A program made the position numbers and the translations under genes. The notes under the pieces are model-generated. The model was not told where the DNA came from. It saw only the letters and a program-made list of their open reading frames with translations, and ran no database searches. A stretch of 64,000 nt of DNA from Dicyema japonicum (taxonomy: Eukaryota > Animalia > Dicyemida): positions 77,545-141,544 of the forward strand of contig RDEW01000046.1 in the NCBI GenBank assembly GCA_011109175.1. The letters are read 5' to 3'. Positions 1 through 12,539 of the stretch are shown one piece after another (within the stretch, counting starts at the first letter, position 1; each line of letters starts with the position of its first letter).

Positions 1-439
1 TGCTGTGTTAGTTACAGGAAGATCTTTTCAAGAGATCTTCACTTCAATCGAACATTAAACGGAAATAGAAACTGACAGAGGAGTAAGTTGATTGGCTAGT
101 AAAATATCATGATGTGTTTGTAGTACTGTCTATTCAGTGGTTTTAAGTCTTAGGGGGTTAAGTTTTATATTTTGTAGCAAGCAAATATTAATCGTAGTTC
201 AATTATTTTGTCATTCACTCATTGATGTCAATCGTATGATTGGTAGCATCCAATGAAGTTGAGGAACGCGAAGGCTTATATTAACTATAAACTTGTAAAC
301 TGAGATCTGTGTATAAACGAGACTAAGTGTCTACCCAAGGACTTTTCTTGTAATTCCTTCGAATTGCTTAATTATTGCTGTCAAAAAATTGTTCTACGTG
401 GTTTCATCATAATTTGGAAAATTATACCCACTTTTCTGG

Positions 440-2155
440 TTGAGGTGGTGACGTGCCTCTCTTGCACTCAATATTCCCTATTTTGCATTGGATCATTCAA
501 TGCAAAAGGACTAACATCATACGTAAAAAGACAACACTTATGTGCGGACCTCTAACGATACGGTATATTTGTATGCTGTCTCCAGGATACTAAAGTCCAC
601 AATAGTCTGGATAAAACAATGAACGGGTATCGACTGCTCCTGTTGCCGTTAGACTGTCAACATTATGGGATGGGGTTCGCTATACGCGTGGACGCAACTG
701 TGGTGGCTCATAGAGCATGGAGTATTAAGACAGGATTGCCATCCTCCAATTACGCCTTGGAAACAACCGTAATACTACTCTATCGATTATCAATATATAT
801 GCACCGACCACAGTGAGGGTATCCGCCAACGCAGAAGAACTTGACAATTTCTACTCGTCCTTATTATCGGCTTACTCCTCCCTATCCAGCTCCTACATGT
901 TCTTTATAGCGAGCGACTGGAATTCAAAAGTGGGGAAAAAGCGGGATGAATCAAATTGCCTGAGGCAGCCACGCTCGAGGGATCAGAAATCGTATTTCAG
1001 GTCCTGTAAATGAGTTCCTGAACCCAAGTCAAAGTGGATTCAGACCTGGAAGGTCGACAGCAGACGTTGTATGGAGTCACAGGTGGATGTGTGCAATTTG
1101 CCAGAAACACAAAGAAGAAATCTCAATCCTTGGAATTGACTTATCCCGTGCCTTCGACACTATAAACCGCAAAAGCTAATGCACGTACTGGAGAGTATTC
1201 TAGACGAGGATGCATCACGTATGATCAGATTTTTACTCCCAAACATCACTATCAGTGCGCGTGGGAAATTACAAATCAACAAAATTTAAAACCGAAACCG
1301 GCGCACCACTGGGAGACTCGTTATCCTCAGTCCTATTCATAATATAGCTGGAGGCATCTCTAAGACCTCTCCGGGAATAGAACTGTTTCACTAACGTAAT
1401 GGAAGTAATCTACGCAGATGATATTGATTTCGTCTGCCGGGATAGAGATATGCTGGAAACTATACTAAAAGTGATCCCTCAAGGCTTGGAGGACTGGTCC
1501 CTGGTAGTAAACCCAGACAAAACGGAAAGAACTAGCATATTCCATTGCATGACGAGAAACAAGGAAAAGTGGAGAACATGCAAGAAAGTTGGATCTCTCC
1601 TCAGGGACTCGGAGGACGTTATTCACAGGAAAGTTCTGGCGGTTGCTTCTTTCAAAAAATTTTGGGCGATCTGGATGCGGCGAAAGTACATATACACTCG
1701 CCTTCGAATTCGGTTGTACAATTTTATCGAACCAATTCTACTTTATAACGCGAGGACCTGGGGCCTAACCAACAAAGAACTGGAAAACCTCAACTCTTTC
1801 CACAGAATACAACTCGACTTCTTCTGGGAGTCTACTGGATAACCAACGACGAGCTATATAGAATTACTCAAACAACAAAAATTGGGAATAAAGTTACTTC
1901 TGAGAAATGGCAGCTCTTTGGACATGTCCTAAGAGCTTTGGAAATGGCACCGGCCAATCAGGCCATCGAAATACTTTTCTGTATTAAACAAAACGATGTA
2001 TCGAGGTCGACAAAGAACTCACTTTGATAGGAAGAAAACTAAAAACAGGAGAGGATCTGGATGATCTGAGAGCGGATGCAAGAAACAGGGGAGGATGGAA
2101 ACGACTCACAGCGCGTATCCAGAGATGCATGGCAAAAGTGGAATCTCAAATTAGT
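440..2155 (+). mobile_element. Degenerate RTE-clade non-LTR retrotransposon (APE endonuclease + RT, many stops and frameshifts)
   Basis: APE start IGSFNAKGL (~484), SDWNSKVGK, RT motifs QSGFRPGRSTAD (~1030) and YADD (ORF 1399-1842), RTE-type C-terminus LNSFHRIQL and DLRADARNRGGW. Confidence 0.85.
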
Positions 2156-2472
2156 TAACCTTTATGGTTCCGCGGATATTGCTAATAATAATAATATATC
2201 CACTTTGGCAAAACTATTGAATTAATCAGAAAACCCACTCTTAGAATTAGCTCTGTTCTCGAATTTCTCAGCATTTTCTTTATCAGCTTCCCCAGCACCT
2301 CTAAAGAAAAACTCTCCAGGGAAATTTTTTGCTTACTGTTCCCTTCATTATCAGAAATTATCTTTTCAATGGTTGTCGGCACAGAAATTTCGCCTTGCTT
2401 TCTAATTGAATGCAAATGAAATGAAAGTGAGATTTAAAAATTCCAAAGACAACGGTAACACCAAACTAACTA

Positions 2473-2488
2473 ATCACGTGATCCAATC
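2473..2488. promoter_or_regulatory. Candidate E-box (CACGTG) plus CCAAT box ~150 bp upstream of LIPT1
   Basis: Sequence atcacgtgatccaatc; motif match and position only. Confidence 0.25.
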
Positions 2489-2629
2489 ACCTTCTAGCAG
2501 AGACCTCAACTTGGCCCGATGCTCCTACCTCGATTGAATGCGAAAGAAATTTTTTTAGCAAAGTAAAAAAAACTTTTAAATTTTAAATTAAATTTTAAAT
2601 TCCAACCGAATTGTCGTGACAAATTTAAA

Positions 2630-3706
2630 ATGTCAGCAAAAGCATATGTAACCCATAATATAAATATCCCGAATATATGGATCTCCAAAAATTATAACCC
2701 GTTTTACAATTTATCATTCGAACAGCTCCTTTATAATTCAATCACTGCAAACTCTCCCCCTCAAATACTTTTTTATCGTAACTCCCCTTCTGTCATCATT
2801 GGAAGACATCAAAATCCGTGGATTGAAGTTAACATATCAGAAATGGTAGATGAAGTAATTTTAATTTCCATAGAGAAAATCTAGGGATCTCATAGTGCGC
2901 AGGAAAAGCGGTGGTGGTTCAGTATACCATGATTTTGGAAATTTAAATATCTCCCTTTTAACCAGTCGTGAAGGATATAATCGAAGGAATAACATAGAAT
3001 TGTTGATTGATGCAATTGGAAATTACTTTAAGGTAAATCTGATCAGAAATGACAGGGACGATATCCTTTTGAATTTATCTGACAAGGTTTGTAATTGATG
3101 ACTGCATAGCATACAGATCTCTGGCACAGCAGCTCAACTGGACTCCACTAGAGCGTGTCACCATCTTACATTTCTTATTAATACCGACAAAAATAAATTA
3201 TCAAGAATTTTGGCAGAAAATGATGGGGTAACCTGTAATTCGACATATTTTAGATTGAATACAACACCCACGTGACTTTAAGTTCCCGGGCTAAATCTGT
3301 TGGTTGTCTGAGTGATTTGGTCCCAAATGTGGCTGTTGAAGATGTAATGGAATGTCTCACATCTTATTTATTACGTAGAAACCTTTATAAAAGGGTATTG
3401 ACTGCGGAATTTGATTTTCAAGAACTAAATGACATGGCTTCTCAATTGAGCACATGGGAGTGGATTTTCGGCAACACCAGGGAGTTTGAAATTTCTTATT
3501 TTGGAGTTAAATGCTTAATCAAGAAGGGATTAATTAGCGATATTTACCATTCAAGTGAAGCATATGGTGATCACATGCTTAAAACAATCAGAGATGAGTT
3601 GTCTGGGCAGTGGTTCATCAGAAATATAATCCAATCGGTTCCAAGAACAATGGAAAATCATTTTTACCAAATTATCAGAGATCACGTTGAATTTATGACG
3701 TTTTAA
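2630..3706 (+). CDS. LIPT1: Lipoyltransferase 1 (LplA/LIPT1 family); introns 2846-2873, 3087-3116, 3228-3253
   Basis: Motifs YRNSPSVIIGRHQNPW, RRKSGGGSVYHDFGNLN and KISGTA join in frame after removing three GT-AG introns of 28, 30 and 26 nt. Confidence 0.9.
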
Positions 3707-3889
3707 TATTTTGATACTTTTTAACTGAGATTTATATTTTTGTTATCGAAATAAAACATTTTAGTCGAGGTGGTGACATGGCTCTTTAATAAGATGTCTG
3801 TAAACACAGAATTCAATTCTCCCTATTGACGTTAATTGTCAGGTGGCTTCTCGTACTCGGAAAAGAAGATAACTTCACTCCAGGTTGCC

Positions 3890-4110
3890 GTCCGATTTCT
3901 TAATAGGAGAACGAGGAGCACAGCGATTTCGTACGGGATCCTGGAAGAAATGTGGAAACTGCTTGAATACATACACTCCGTAGTCGATCAAGGACAACCT
4001 ACTGACTGTCTTTGACGAAGAGTCTAAAGAAATCAGGAGACTCCTCAGGGACGGAGAGGATCTTGACAGACTACGGGGCATGACAAAGAGTCGCCAAAAA
4101 TGGAAGAAGC
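3890..4110 (+). mobile_element. RTE LINE 3'-terminal fragment
   Basis: Encodes RLLRDGEDLDRLRGMTKSRQKWKKL, similar to the C-terminus of the RTE at 2040-2150. Confidence 0.55.
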
Positions 4111-4409
4111 TAACTAGTAATTTGATTTTCCGTTTTACACATGCTTTGTTACGCTAAGTTAAGTGATCCTGGTGTCCACATCAGGCTTTCTCCTGCGGTT
4201 AGTTTTGGAGTGCTAGATTAATCTCCACAAAGGTTCTCCATGAACTAAAGAACTACCAGGTTTAACGTCTATTACACAGGCCTTGCTGACTCCTCGTCTG
4301 TTCGATTTTTCGCTGCAATTACAAGATCAGCAATCACGAGTGTTAGTTAATAATATATTTGCCTCTTCCGTGACATATAACAATAATATTGATCATTAAT
4401 ATTAAAGCC

Positions 4410-4735
4410 AATTTATTTATTAACCCCGAATACACCGAGAAAGAAGTTAAAGTAAACAACTAATTAAGTGTATCCAGTTTCCACCTCCACAGAGTCCATC
4501 CGGAATCAACATAAAAAGAAAAAGACGTCCATACTTGCAGTTGTGGAAACCCCTCCAGTGGAGTGGGGGAGAGCAAATGATCCTTTTTCGTGCCGGCCTG
4601 GCACTGGGCGTCACCTAGACAGGTGGGTCACATGACGCCACTCTAATAGGAAGAGACAGGAGGAACAGACAAGAAAGCAGAAAAATTCAACCAATTAACC
4701 ACGCAACACCACATGGCGCCACGCGGCTAATCACA
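4410..4735 (-). mobile_element. Non-autonomous dispersed repeat carrying the conserved pseudoknot-like motif (copy A); partial sister copy at ~4860-5110
   Basis: Homologous to 39572-39790, 55640-55840, 60670-60850 and more distantly 22185-22380/63540-63760; ends in GGTGTATTCGGGGTTAATAAATAA like LINE 3' ends in this window. Confidence 0.6.
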
Positions 4736-5839
4736 GTTTTTTTTCATTAAAGCCAAGAAACAATGTTTTCACTTTTTTCCAAATTTAAAAAAAAATTCAT
4801 ATTCCATAGGTACTAATTAACTAGTCTCAAAATTTTAGTAAGTTTGGTTTCAGTTATTCTAAATAAGTGTATCCAGTTCCCACTGTCACCGAAACAGGGT
4901 CTTTCCAATATCATACAAGTCGACCCAGAACCTGCATAAAAAGAAGAAGACATCCATTTCTTGCAGTTATTAAAACCCCTCCAATGAAGTGGGGAGAGGG
5001 GAAAGAAAATGATCATTTTATATTACACTTTGGCATTGGGTTCCACTTGAGACAGGTCACTATTCTAAAAGGGAAGAGGTGGAACCGAAGAAACAAACAG
5101 AATTGGGTCATTAAAGTAAATAAGACCACCGATAGTACTTGCGATGAGCTTATCCTCTTATTAGCAAACTTTCTGACCTGATCCTTCCATAACCAGGACC
5201 ACCACTTTCTCTAAATCCATCTTCGCTATTGAAGATATTATTTTCAGCCATGATATCTCCTACAACTAGCGAGACGAAAATTTCTCTTCCTTGGATCCCA
5301 ACTTACTGAGGGATAGGGCATCCGAATTTTAGTGTTCTACGTAGTAACAGTGTGGTCTTTTTTTCGAAGACCTCAATAATATTTTGAGACACTGTTTTTG
5401 TAACACTTCCAGTTTGATCTATACCGATAGTGATAAATCATTTTTGTCATGAGCATGGGCTAATGACAGGCCGCAGAGACATTAAAAACCTGAGTGTTGA
5501 ATTTAGGGCATAACTAAAAACTTTTTTTCAGTAAAAAATTGTTAAACTAAACTCTTATTTACTTACATATACCGGGAAACACCGAGAAAGAAAATAATAG
5601 TAACAAAACTAGTTATATGATCCTAGTTCCTTTTATCTCCTTACTATTTTCATCCAATGCTCAACGGGGGACCCCAACTCATCCAGAAAGTATTTAAGTT
5701 GTGCCTTCACGGGAAGTCGATAGGGGGATGTCTGAATGAATTTCCTGATTCCTGAAATAGTAGGACAAATCCGAAGCCATTCCTTCGTATCGACGACTCT
5801 AACAAAAAGTGTAGGAGGTAGGGTTTGTTCGAAGTTTTT

Positions 5840-6290
5840 AGTTAGTTAGTTAACTAACCCCAGCCTCAGTAACTTGTAGGAGGTCAACAGCTATTAAGTA
5901 GTACGCAGTAGATGTTGGTCGCTCCCATAGATCGGTCAGTTCCACCATTGTGGAGAAATGTTGTGCCAATTCATGACATTGAAATAGGTGATTTGTTGTC
6001 AGCACGTGGAGGTTGCAAAAGGGGCAGAGTATATCATATGTTGGTAGATATGGCTGGTGCCCACATCGTAGACGAGTCAGGTTTACTCGCACGTCTTTTG
6101 AAAGAGAGGATTGATTGGTCTATTGGAGGAGGGGGTCGCTGTAATATTTTATTGTCTCTGAGTCTTCGGATGCTTCTCGTGGAAACAAAATCGTGTATAT
6201 GTTTCAGATGACTCTTGTCATTGAGGATAAAAAGAATGGATGATAACATTCGAGACAGGTCACTGGTTGTCACAATAATTTACCTTTTGT
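5840..6290 (-). mobile_element. Ingi/I-like LINE 3' fragment (C-terminal Cys/His domain)
   Basis: RVNLTRLRCGH...CPFCNLHVLTTNHLFQC followed by (TTAG)n-like tail at ~5840. Confidence 0.7.
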
Positions 6291-6389
6291 TTTGCGGCTT
6301 GCATAGGGAGTGGCAAAGATGTTCTAGACTGTAGGCTTGGGAGAGGAACTGCAGGGCTCTCATTTCCAGATGGTCTTCAATTGGAAGGA

Positions 6390-6970
6390 TCTTTGTCTCT
6401 GGGATCTTTCAGACCAATTTCACTACTATCTGTAGTATCGAAAATTGTTGAACGTGTTGTAGTGAAACTAATATCGAAGTATCTTCCCTTCCCTGATTTT
6501 CAACATGGCTTTCGTCCACAATACTCAACATTAACACATCTCTCTACCCTAACTCAATATATCGCTGATGGTTTTAACAATTATAATCTTCCTAAACGGA
6601 CTATCCTCGCATCGATCGACCTAACCAAGGTGTTCGATCGAACATCAAGGCGCGTGCTAAGTAACAAAATTCTTGTTTCTGGAATTCCTCCACGTCCTCA
6701 GAATTGGTTAACTCTGGAAGAATTGGTTGAGCTGAAATTATGTCATGTCTATCTCATTACAGACTCCTTCCAAATGGAGTTCCCCAAGGCTCCGTTTTAT
6801 CACCCACCTTATTCAACTTACACCTAAGCGACATTCCAATCAATTCCAAGACACTTCTACTATTGTATGCGGATGTTGCCTCTAAAGAAATAGACGTTAA
6901 CGAAGCAACGAAGGATGTTCAGATCCACTTGAACACTCTTGAAGAGTGGCTTAGAGCAAACCATCATATA
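6390..6970 (+). mobile_element. Ingi/I-like LINE reverse transcriptase fragment
   Basis: RPISLLSVVSKIVER, QHGFRPQYST, DLTKVFD, GVPQGSVLSPTLFN, YAD motifs across frameshifted ORFs. Confidence 0.85.
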
Positions 6971-7122
6971 ACTTCTTTTACTTCAATAATTATGGTTGAA
7001 CTCAAAAAAATAATTTATTTACAAAATTTATTATTAATTAAAATGAATTATTAATTATTAATAATATTAAATACAACCACGTTTTCATATATTTATCAGT
7101 AGTGGGTTTGTAATTAAAATAG

Positions 7123-7930
7123 ATGTCTAATGGACTAAATTCAATGTCAATGACCTCTGAGGATGTGAAGCTTATAATTGCATCCAAAGCTCATCTTGCT
7201 TCTCCTGGAGTAAACAAAAAGATGAGTGATTATATTTACAAAAATGAAAAAATTGGTTGATATTAGTAATTTAAACAGGTTCTAATATAATGGACATACA
7301 CCTTATGTGGGAAAAGATTCAAATCGCTTGTCGTCTGCTCGTTACAATTAACGACACTAAGGATATCGTGGCAGTTGGTGGACACGTTTACGCTCAAAGA
7401 GGAGCACTGAAATTTTCCAAATACACGGGATCTTCTTCTGCCGTGCAGCGATTCACTCCTGGTTCCCTCACAAACAGAGGACAGGTACATTGGTTGAGTA
7501 AATTTTTTAAGAAACAATTCATTGAGCCTCTTGCTTTGATTGTGGCTGATCCTCAGATCGATCATCAGTGCATTCTTGAGGCATCCAAACGGGGGATTAT
7601 AGTTATTGCCTTTTGTGACAGTAATACTCACCCGAATGGTGTGGATTGTGTGATTCCATGCAACAACAAGGTCAGAATTGTTTTCATTTGTAGGGAAGGG
7701 AAGCTATCGGAACAATGTGGTATTTGTTGGCAAGAGAATTTCTGAGAATGAAGGGAACAGTAAGCAGACATTGTCCATGGGAGATTATGGTCGACATGTT
7801 TTTCTTCAGAGATACTGAGGAAGCTGATAAAGAAGGTGTTGGGGAAGTTGAAGAAAGAGCTAATTCTGAGGGCGGGTCTAGTGGTGATTTTGATAATAAA
7901 ATGAACATGAACTTTGTGGGGGTTTATTAA
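7123..7930 (+). CDS. RPSA: 40S ribosomal protein SA (uS2); introns 7256-7278, 7485-7511, 7671-7693
   Basis: RFTPGSLTN...[57 protein letters not shown]; three introns of 23, 27 and 23 nt restore a continuous frame. Confidence 0.95.
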
Positions 7931-8160
7931 TGACTGTTAGGTTCCGTCTGCCATGGAAGATCCTAATTGGATGGACACAGACGTTGGGGCTTTCTAATTT
8001 TAGTTCTCTAAAACTTTGATTGATATTGGCTTTCTTTAATTTATCATTTTTAATATTAGGTTTATTGTGTATGGTTAGTCACGTGTTTGACCGTTTAGTG
8101 ACTGCTTATAATGATTTGACATTTTTATAAAGATTAATACAAAATCAATTAAATGTAGTA

Positions 8161-8215
8161 CAGGGGTGTCAAACTCATTTCGCTTCGAGGGCCGCATTTA
8201 TAATAATTTCTCATC
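8161..8215 (+). mobile_element. hAT (Charlie-type) terminal inverted repeat remnant; second copy at ~8494
   Basis: CAGGGGTGTCAAAC at 8161 and ~8494, a typical hAT/Charlie terminus. Confidence 0.45.
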
Positions 8216-8299
8216 AAGGGAAGATTAGTTCTGATATATTATTTTTTAAAGAATTTATTTATTTTTTTCATCAATAATCAAACTATTAAAATACGAAAA

Positions 8300-8482
8300 T
8301 CAATCAAAAGTGGTCCCCGTCGACATTATCGATGTTGCTTTGCATCCCACAATTGCAACAAAGATCAATTGGAGAAGCCACCGGGTCTCACGTGCGTCGT
8401 GACTTTTAGTGTAGCTAGGCGTCCAAGGTTCTTTAGGAAACGAAGCGATTTCCCACTTATTTCTCCAGTCGTTCAACAACAA
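8300..8482 (-). mobile_element. CRE-clade retrotransposon 3' fragment
   Basis: SHDARETRWLLQLIFVAIVGCKATSIMS matches SHDARKTRWLFQLISVPIVRGNTTSIMS of the CRE at 30363-30557. Confidence 0.75.
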
Positions 8483-8759
8483 TGGGGTATAACAGGGGTG
8501 TCAAACATGCGGACCTTGACAAACATAAGCGCGACCCGATTTCATGGCGATAAAAGACATTTTAGCGCTTCGTATTTCTTATCATTTACCCTCATTGTTT
8601 TTTTTCTCACCAACAATACTGGATTGGCAATGGGGTCGACATACATACCTTCCAATACCAAAGGTTTTCTCTCCTCGAGTGGAGTTTTCAGCAGACTCGT
8701 GGGCTCGCTTAGAAATTCCGTTGATCACCTTACGTCTTAGGAGTCTCTTTTTATTTTTA

Positions 8760-11700
8760 ATACAAATGTTTTACAATACTATGACCAATGCGGATCTATG
8801 AGAATGAGCCACAGAGGACCGGGCTCTTTCCGACTGGATTTCTTGGATAACTCCCATGTGGCCACCTTTATAGAAGCGGTGAATGAGACCTGCCCCTTTG
8901 GCAATGAAAATCACCATTTCAAGACAATCTCGACAAAACCGTCTGAGATTGTCCTTACTTTGCATACCAGTGCACGGGAAAGAAAAAATGCTTCCGTTGC
9001 GCAGGAGAACACGACACCACCAAGTGTGATGCGGATCCAACTCTTTAACGAAAATGTGTTAACTGCGGGTCAACAAGACACGGCGCAAGATACGAAGGAT
9101 GCCCTGTATTTATGGAGGCCAGACGAAAGTTAAACTCCCGAATCGACAACAGGGAACCAAAACAGACGGATATTATAACCAAGAAATTGGAACCGCCAGC
9201 CCAAAAAAGGATAATTGGCCCAAGTACTAACAAGTACGAAGCTGCACCTCCTCCGCGAGAGTCGGCCTGGCTACGGAAGGAAAAGTTATCAGTGAGTATT
9301 ACAATAAAACTAAAGGAAATAGTATCAAGACTGAAGGAACTAAGTAACATACTCGGAGTGGATTTACGCAATATGGTGGACCTGGCCATGGAGAGTCCGG
9401 GCCACCAACAAGAAAATTGAAAAGAAACTTGAAGATAGTGCTGGTGAACGCCCGATCCCTAAAGAAGAGGCGTCATGACCTGGCACTACTACTATCGTCC
9501 ACCAAGATTGACATCCTGGTGGTCAACGAGACCAAAGTGAAAAAGACCTACAACACAATGCTAGAGGGATACAATTCTATAGAAATTCCATGGGTCGAAG
9601 GTGCAGAAGCTGGTACTGGAACCACATTGTTCTACAGTGAAGTTCTACAAATACATGAGCCAAAAATTATTATGAATTTACACTGTGAATTTGTTTCCGT
9701 CGAGGTGAGATGCTGCGGCAGTTGGATTCACGTCGGTGGAATGTATTTAAAAAAACCTTAGAAAGTGTTCCACAGAAATTGAAGAATTCTTCACAAGAAA
9801 TGATATGTCTATCCTAGTGGGTGATCTAAATGCCAAAAACATTGAATATGGATGCCTCGGTACTAACGATGATGGAATCAGACTAAGGAAATTGAGTGAT
9901 AAAACTGGATTTGAGATTTTGACATCGGAAAAACCGAATCATTACTCGCACTACGGGGGTGACATGCTTGGGGTGTTCCTGGCGTCACCATCACTCTACA
10001 ATTATGTAGAAAAGCCGATGATCATGTGGGACATCGGGAGTGATCATATACCCCAAGAGATGTTATTGAACTTAGCTCCAGACTCCATGGACTCTATGTT
10101 TACGACCTAACAAGAATAAACTGGGAACACTACAGAAGGTACATATCAAGAAACCTCAAACACTGGAAGATTAAAGATTATTCCCGAAGTGATATCGACA
10201 TAATAGACAATGAATTCTCTATCATGATGGAGACATACTTAATGTTTTACGCAAGAAGGAGATCCTCAAGTACTAATCATGGAAAGAGCATCAGTCTTTC
10301 GATTTCCACATTATCTTTGATCAATGAAAGGAATCGCCTGAGGATTAAACTCAGAAGATGTGTGGACTGGATAGACCGAATTGCACTTACCGGACAATTG
10401 AAGATAACCAAGAAAGCCATTGAAGAAGGAACGAGACTATCTCAAGAACAATGTTTGAGGGTAGAGGAAAGCAAACTAAACACCAAAGACCCCTCGTTCT
10501 GGAAGTTCTACAAAAGAATAACTAGCCAGAAAAGGAATGACATAAAAATCTCCTTGACCAAGCCAGAAGGTGGACTGCAATGTTTGAGGGTAGAGGCNNN
10601 NNNNNNNNNNNNNNNNAAGCAAACTAAACACCAAAGACCCCTCGTTCTGGAAGTTCTACAAAAGAATAACTAGCCAGAAAAGGAATGACATAAAAATCTC
10701 CTTGACCAAGCCAGAAGGTGGACTGTGTTCTATGGAAGAAGCCCCAGATATTTTTAAGAAACAACTGGACCGGATTCAGGGGGTCAACCCGATGGAGCTT
10801 ATTCCGAGGGAGACGTTAGATTCTTCACGTGAAATTTTATCCTACTGTTTGGACGATCTTAAAGATACCAAAATGAAAATAACTACGGATGAAGTCATGA
10901 CTGCAATCATGAAATGCAAGGCTAACGCTCCTGGACTTGACCATCTAAGCATGAGATTGTTCAAGGAAGCCCCAGAGGCTCTATTTCCCATACTGATGCA
11001 ATCATGAAATGCAAGGCTAACGCTCCTGGACTTGACCATCTAAGCATGAGATTGTTCAAGGAAGCCCCAGAGGCTCTATTTCCCATACTGAAGAATTTAT
11101 TCAATGCAAGCATTCATCATGGTCATGTCCCAAAACGCTGGAAATCTTCCATTGTCAGAATGATACTGAAACAGGGAAAATCGAGGAGGGACCCTCTCAG
11201 CTATAGGCCAATAAGCCTCATCTGTTCGATCTCCAAGATTATCGAACGAATTATCTTCAGAAGGCTTAACGACCACATAGAAGAAAGTGGTTTCCTCCTC
11301 GCAGAACAATGGGGCTTCAGACCTGGAAAATCATGCACGGACTGTATCTACCAGATGCATTCAACGGTATTGAGAGGTCTGGAAGTCAAAAGACTAGTCA
11401 ACCTGGTATGTTTGGATTTGTCCAAGGCTTTTGATAGTGTGTGGCACGAAGCACTCCTATCAAGGCTAGCAGCTGCTCAGATCCAAAAAAAACTTCTCAT
11501 ATGGATAAGGGATTTCCTAACAGGACGGATTTCCCAAGTACGTGTTGGAGCACATATGTCGAAAGACATCATACTGAAGAGGGGAGTTCCTCAGGGTTCC
11601 GTNGGCAGAGGGTTCAATTTGACAATGCGCTCTCGGAGTTGTTTCAGCAACCAGAATCGAACCTGCCTGAGGAGGCTGGCGAACAGGCAGGCGAGGAAGG

Positions 11701-12450
11701 TTGTTGATTAATAAATATATTAACTTTTTTATTGTTTGTTAAATAAAGATCCTTATCAATTTAAACTTGGGGAGCCGTTCGTCCAATGATGGAGTTCCTC
11801 AGGGTTCCGTCCTGAGCCCTCTGCTATTCAACATATTCCTATCAGATTTTCCAACTCCACCGGATATAAACACAAGACTATTGATATACGCCGATGATAT
11901 TCTGATCACGGATACATCTGGCAAATCAACTCTTTCGGAGAAAAGAATCATGTCATTCATTGGACAAGTTCAGGACTGGTGCACAAAAAGAGGGATGAGA
12001 TTGTCTACGGAGAAATCCAGCTCTCTACGAGTAAGTCGCCTAAGGAGGCATCAGAAGCAGCCTTACTCATTAGAGATTCCTAAAGTAAACTCAATGCGCT
12101 ACCTCGGGATAGCAATCGATGGGAATGGTTCCTTCATGGAGGACATAAGACGAAGAAGGAAGAAGGCGCTTCAAGCACTCTTATGTACGAGAAAGTTGTT
12201 TGTAAGCCTGGAAACCTTCTTGTTCATCTTCATGAGGATCATCCTACCAGAACTGCTATTTGGATGCGAAGCATGGTTTTTCTCTAGCCAAAAAGAGAGA
12301 ATAATGTTTCTAATGGAAAAAACCAGAAGGTCGGCAATAAAGTTGGCTTTGGGGAAAAGGCTCTGGGATGCTTTCAGTACTGAAGAAGACATGATTCTAA
12401 CTCATGTTAAAAACATCGTAGAGAAAAGAATCAATGGGATCCAACGATAG
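8760..12450 (+). mobile_element. Near full-length Jockey/I-like LINE: ORF1 (~8798-9420) and ORF2 APE-RT (9417-12450), frameshifted, with local duplications and an insertion at 11603-11790
   Basis: APE IVLVNARSL, VNETK, GDLNAK, GSDH; RT YRPISL, QWGFRPGKS, CLDLSKAFDSV, GVPQGSVLSPLLFN, YADD. Confidence 0.9.
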
Positions 12451-12539
12451 AAGATAACTAAATGGAGTGTTGATACATCAGAAGTGTCCAGGCCGCATAG
12501 GCGGACACGTTTAAATATCCTAAAAATAACTCCTTACTT

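Noticed and set aside
2630-3706. Bacterial lplA acquired by horizontal transfer or contamination
   Set aside because: Contains spliceosomal introns and LIPT1-type motifs; flanked by eukaryotic repeats
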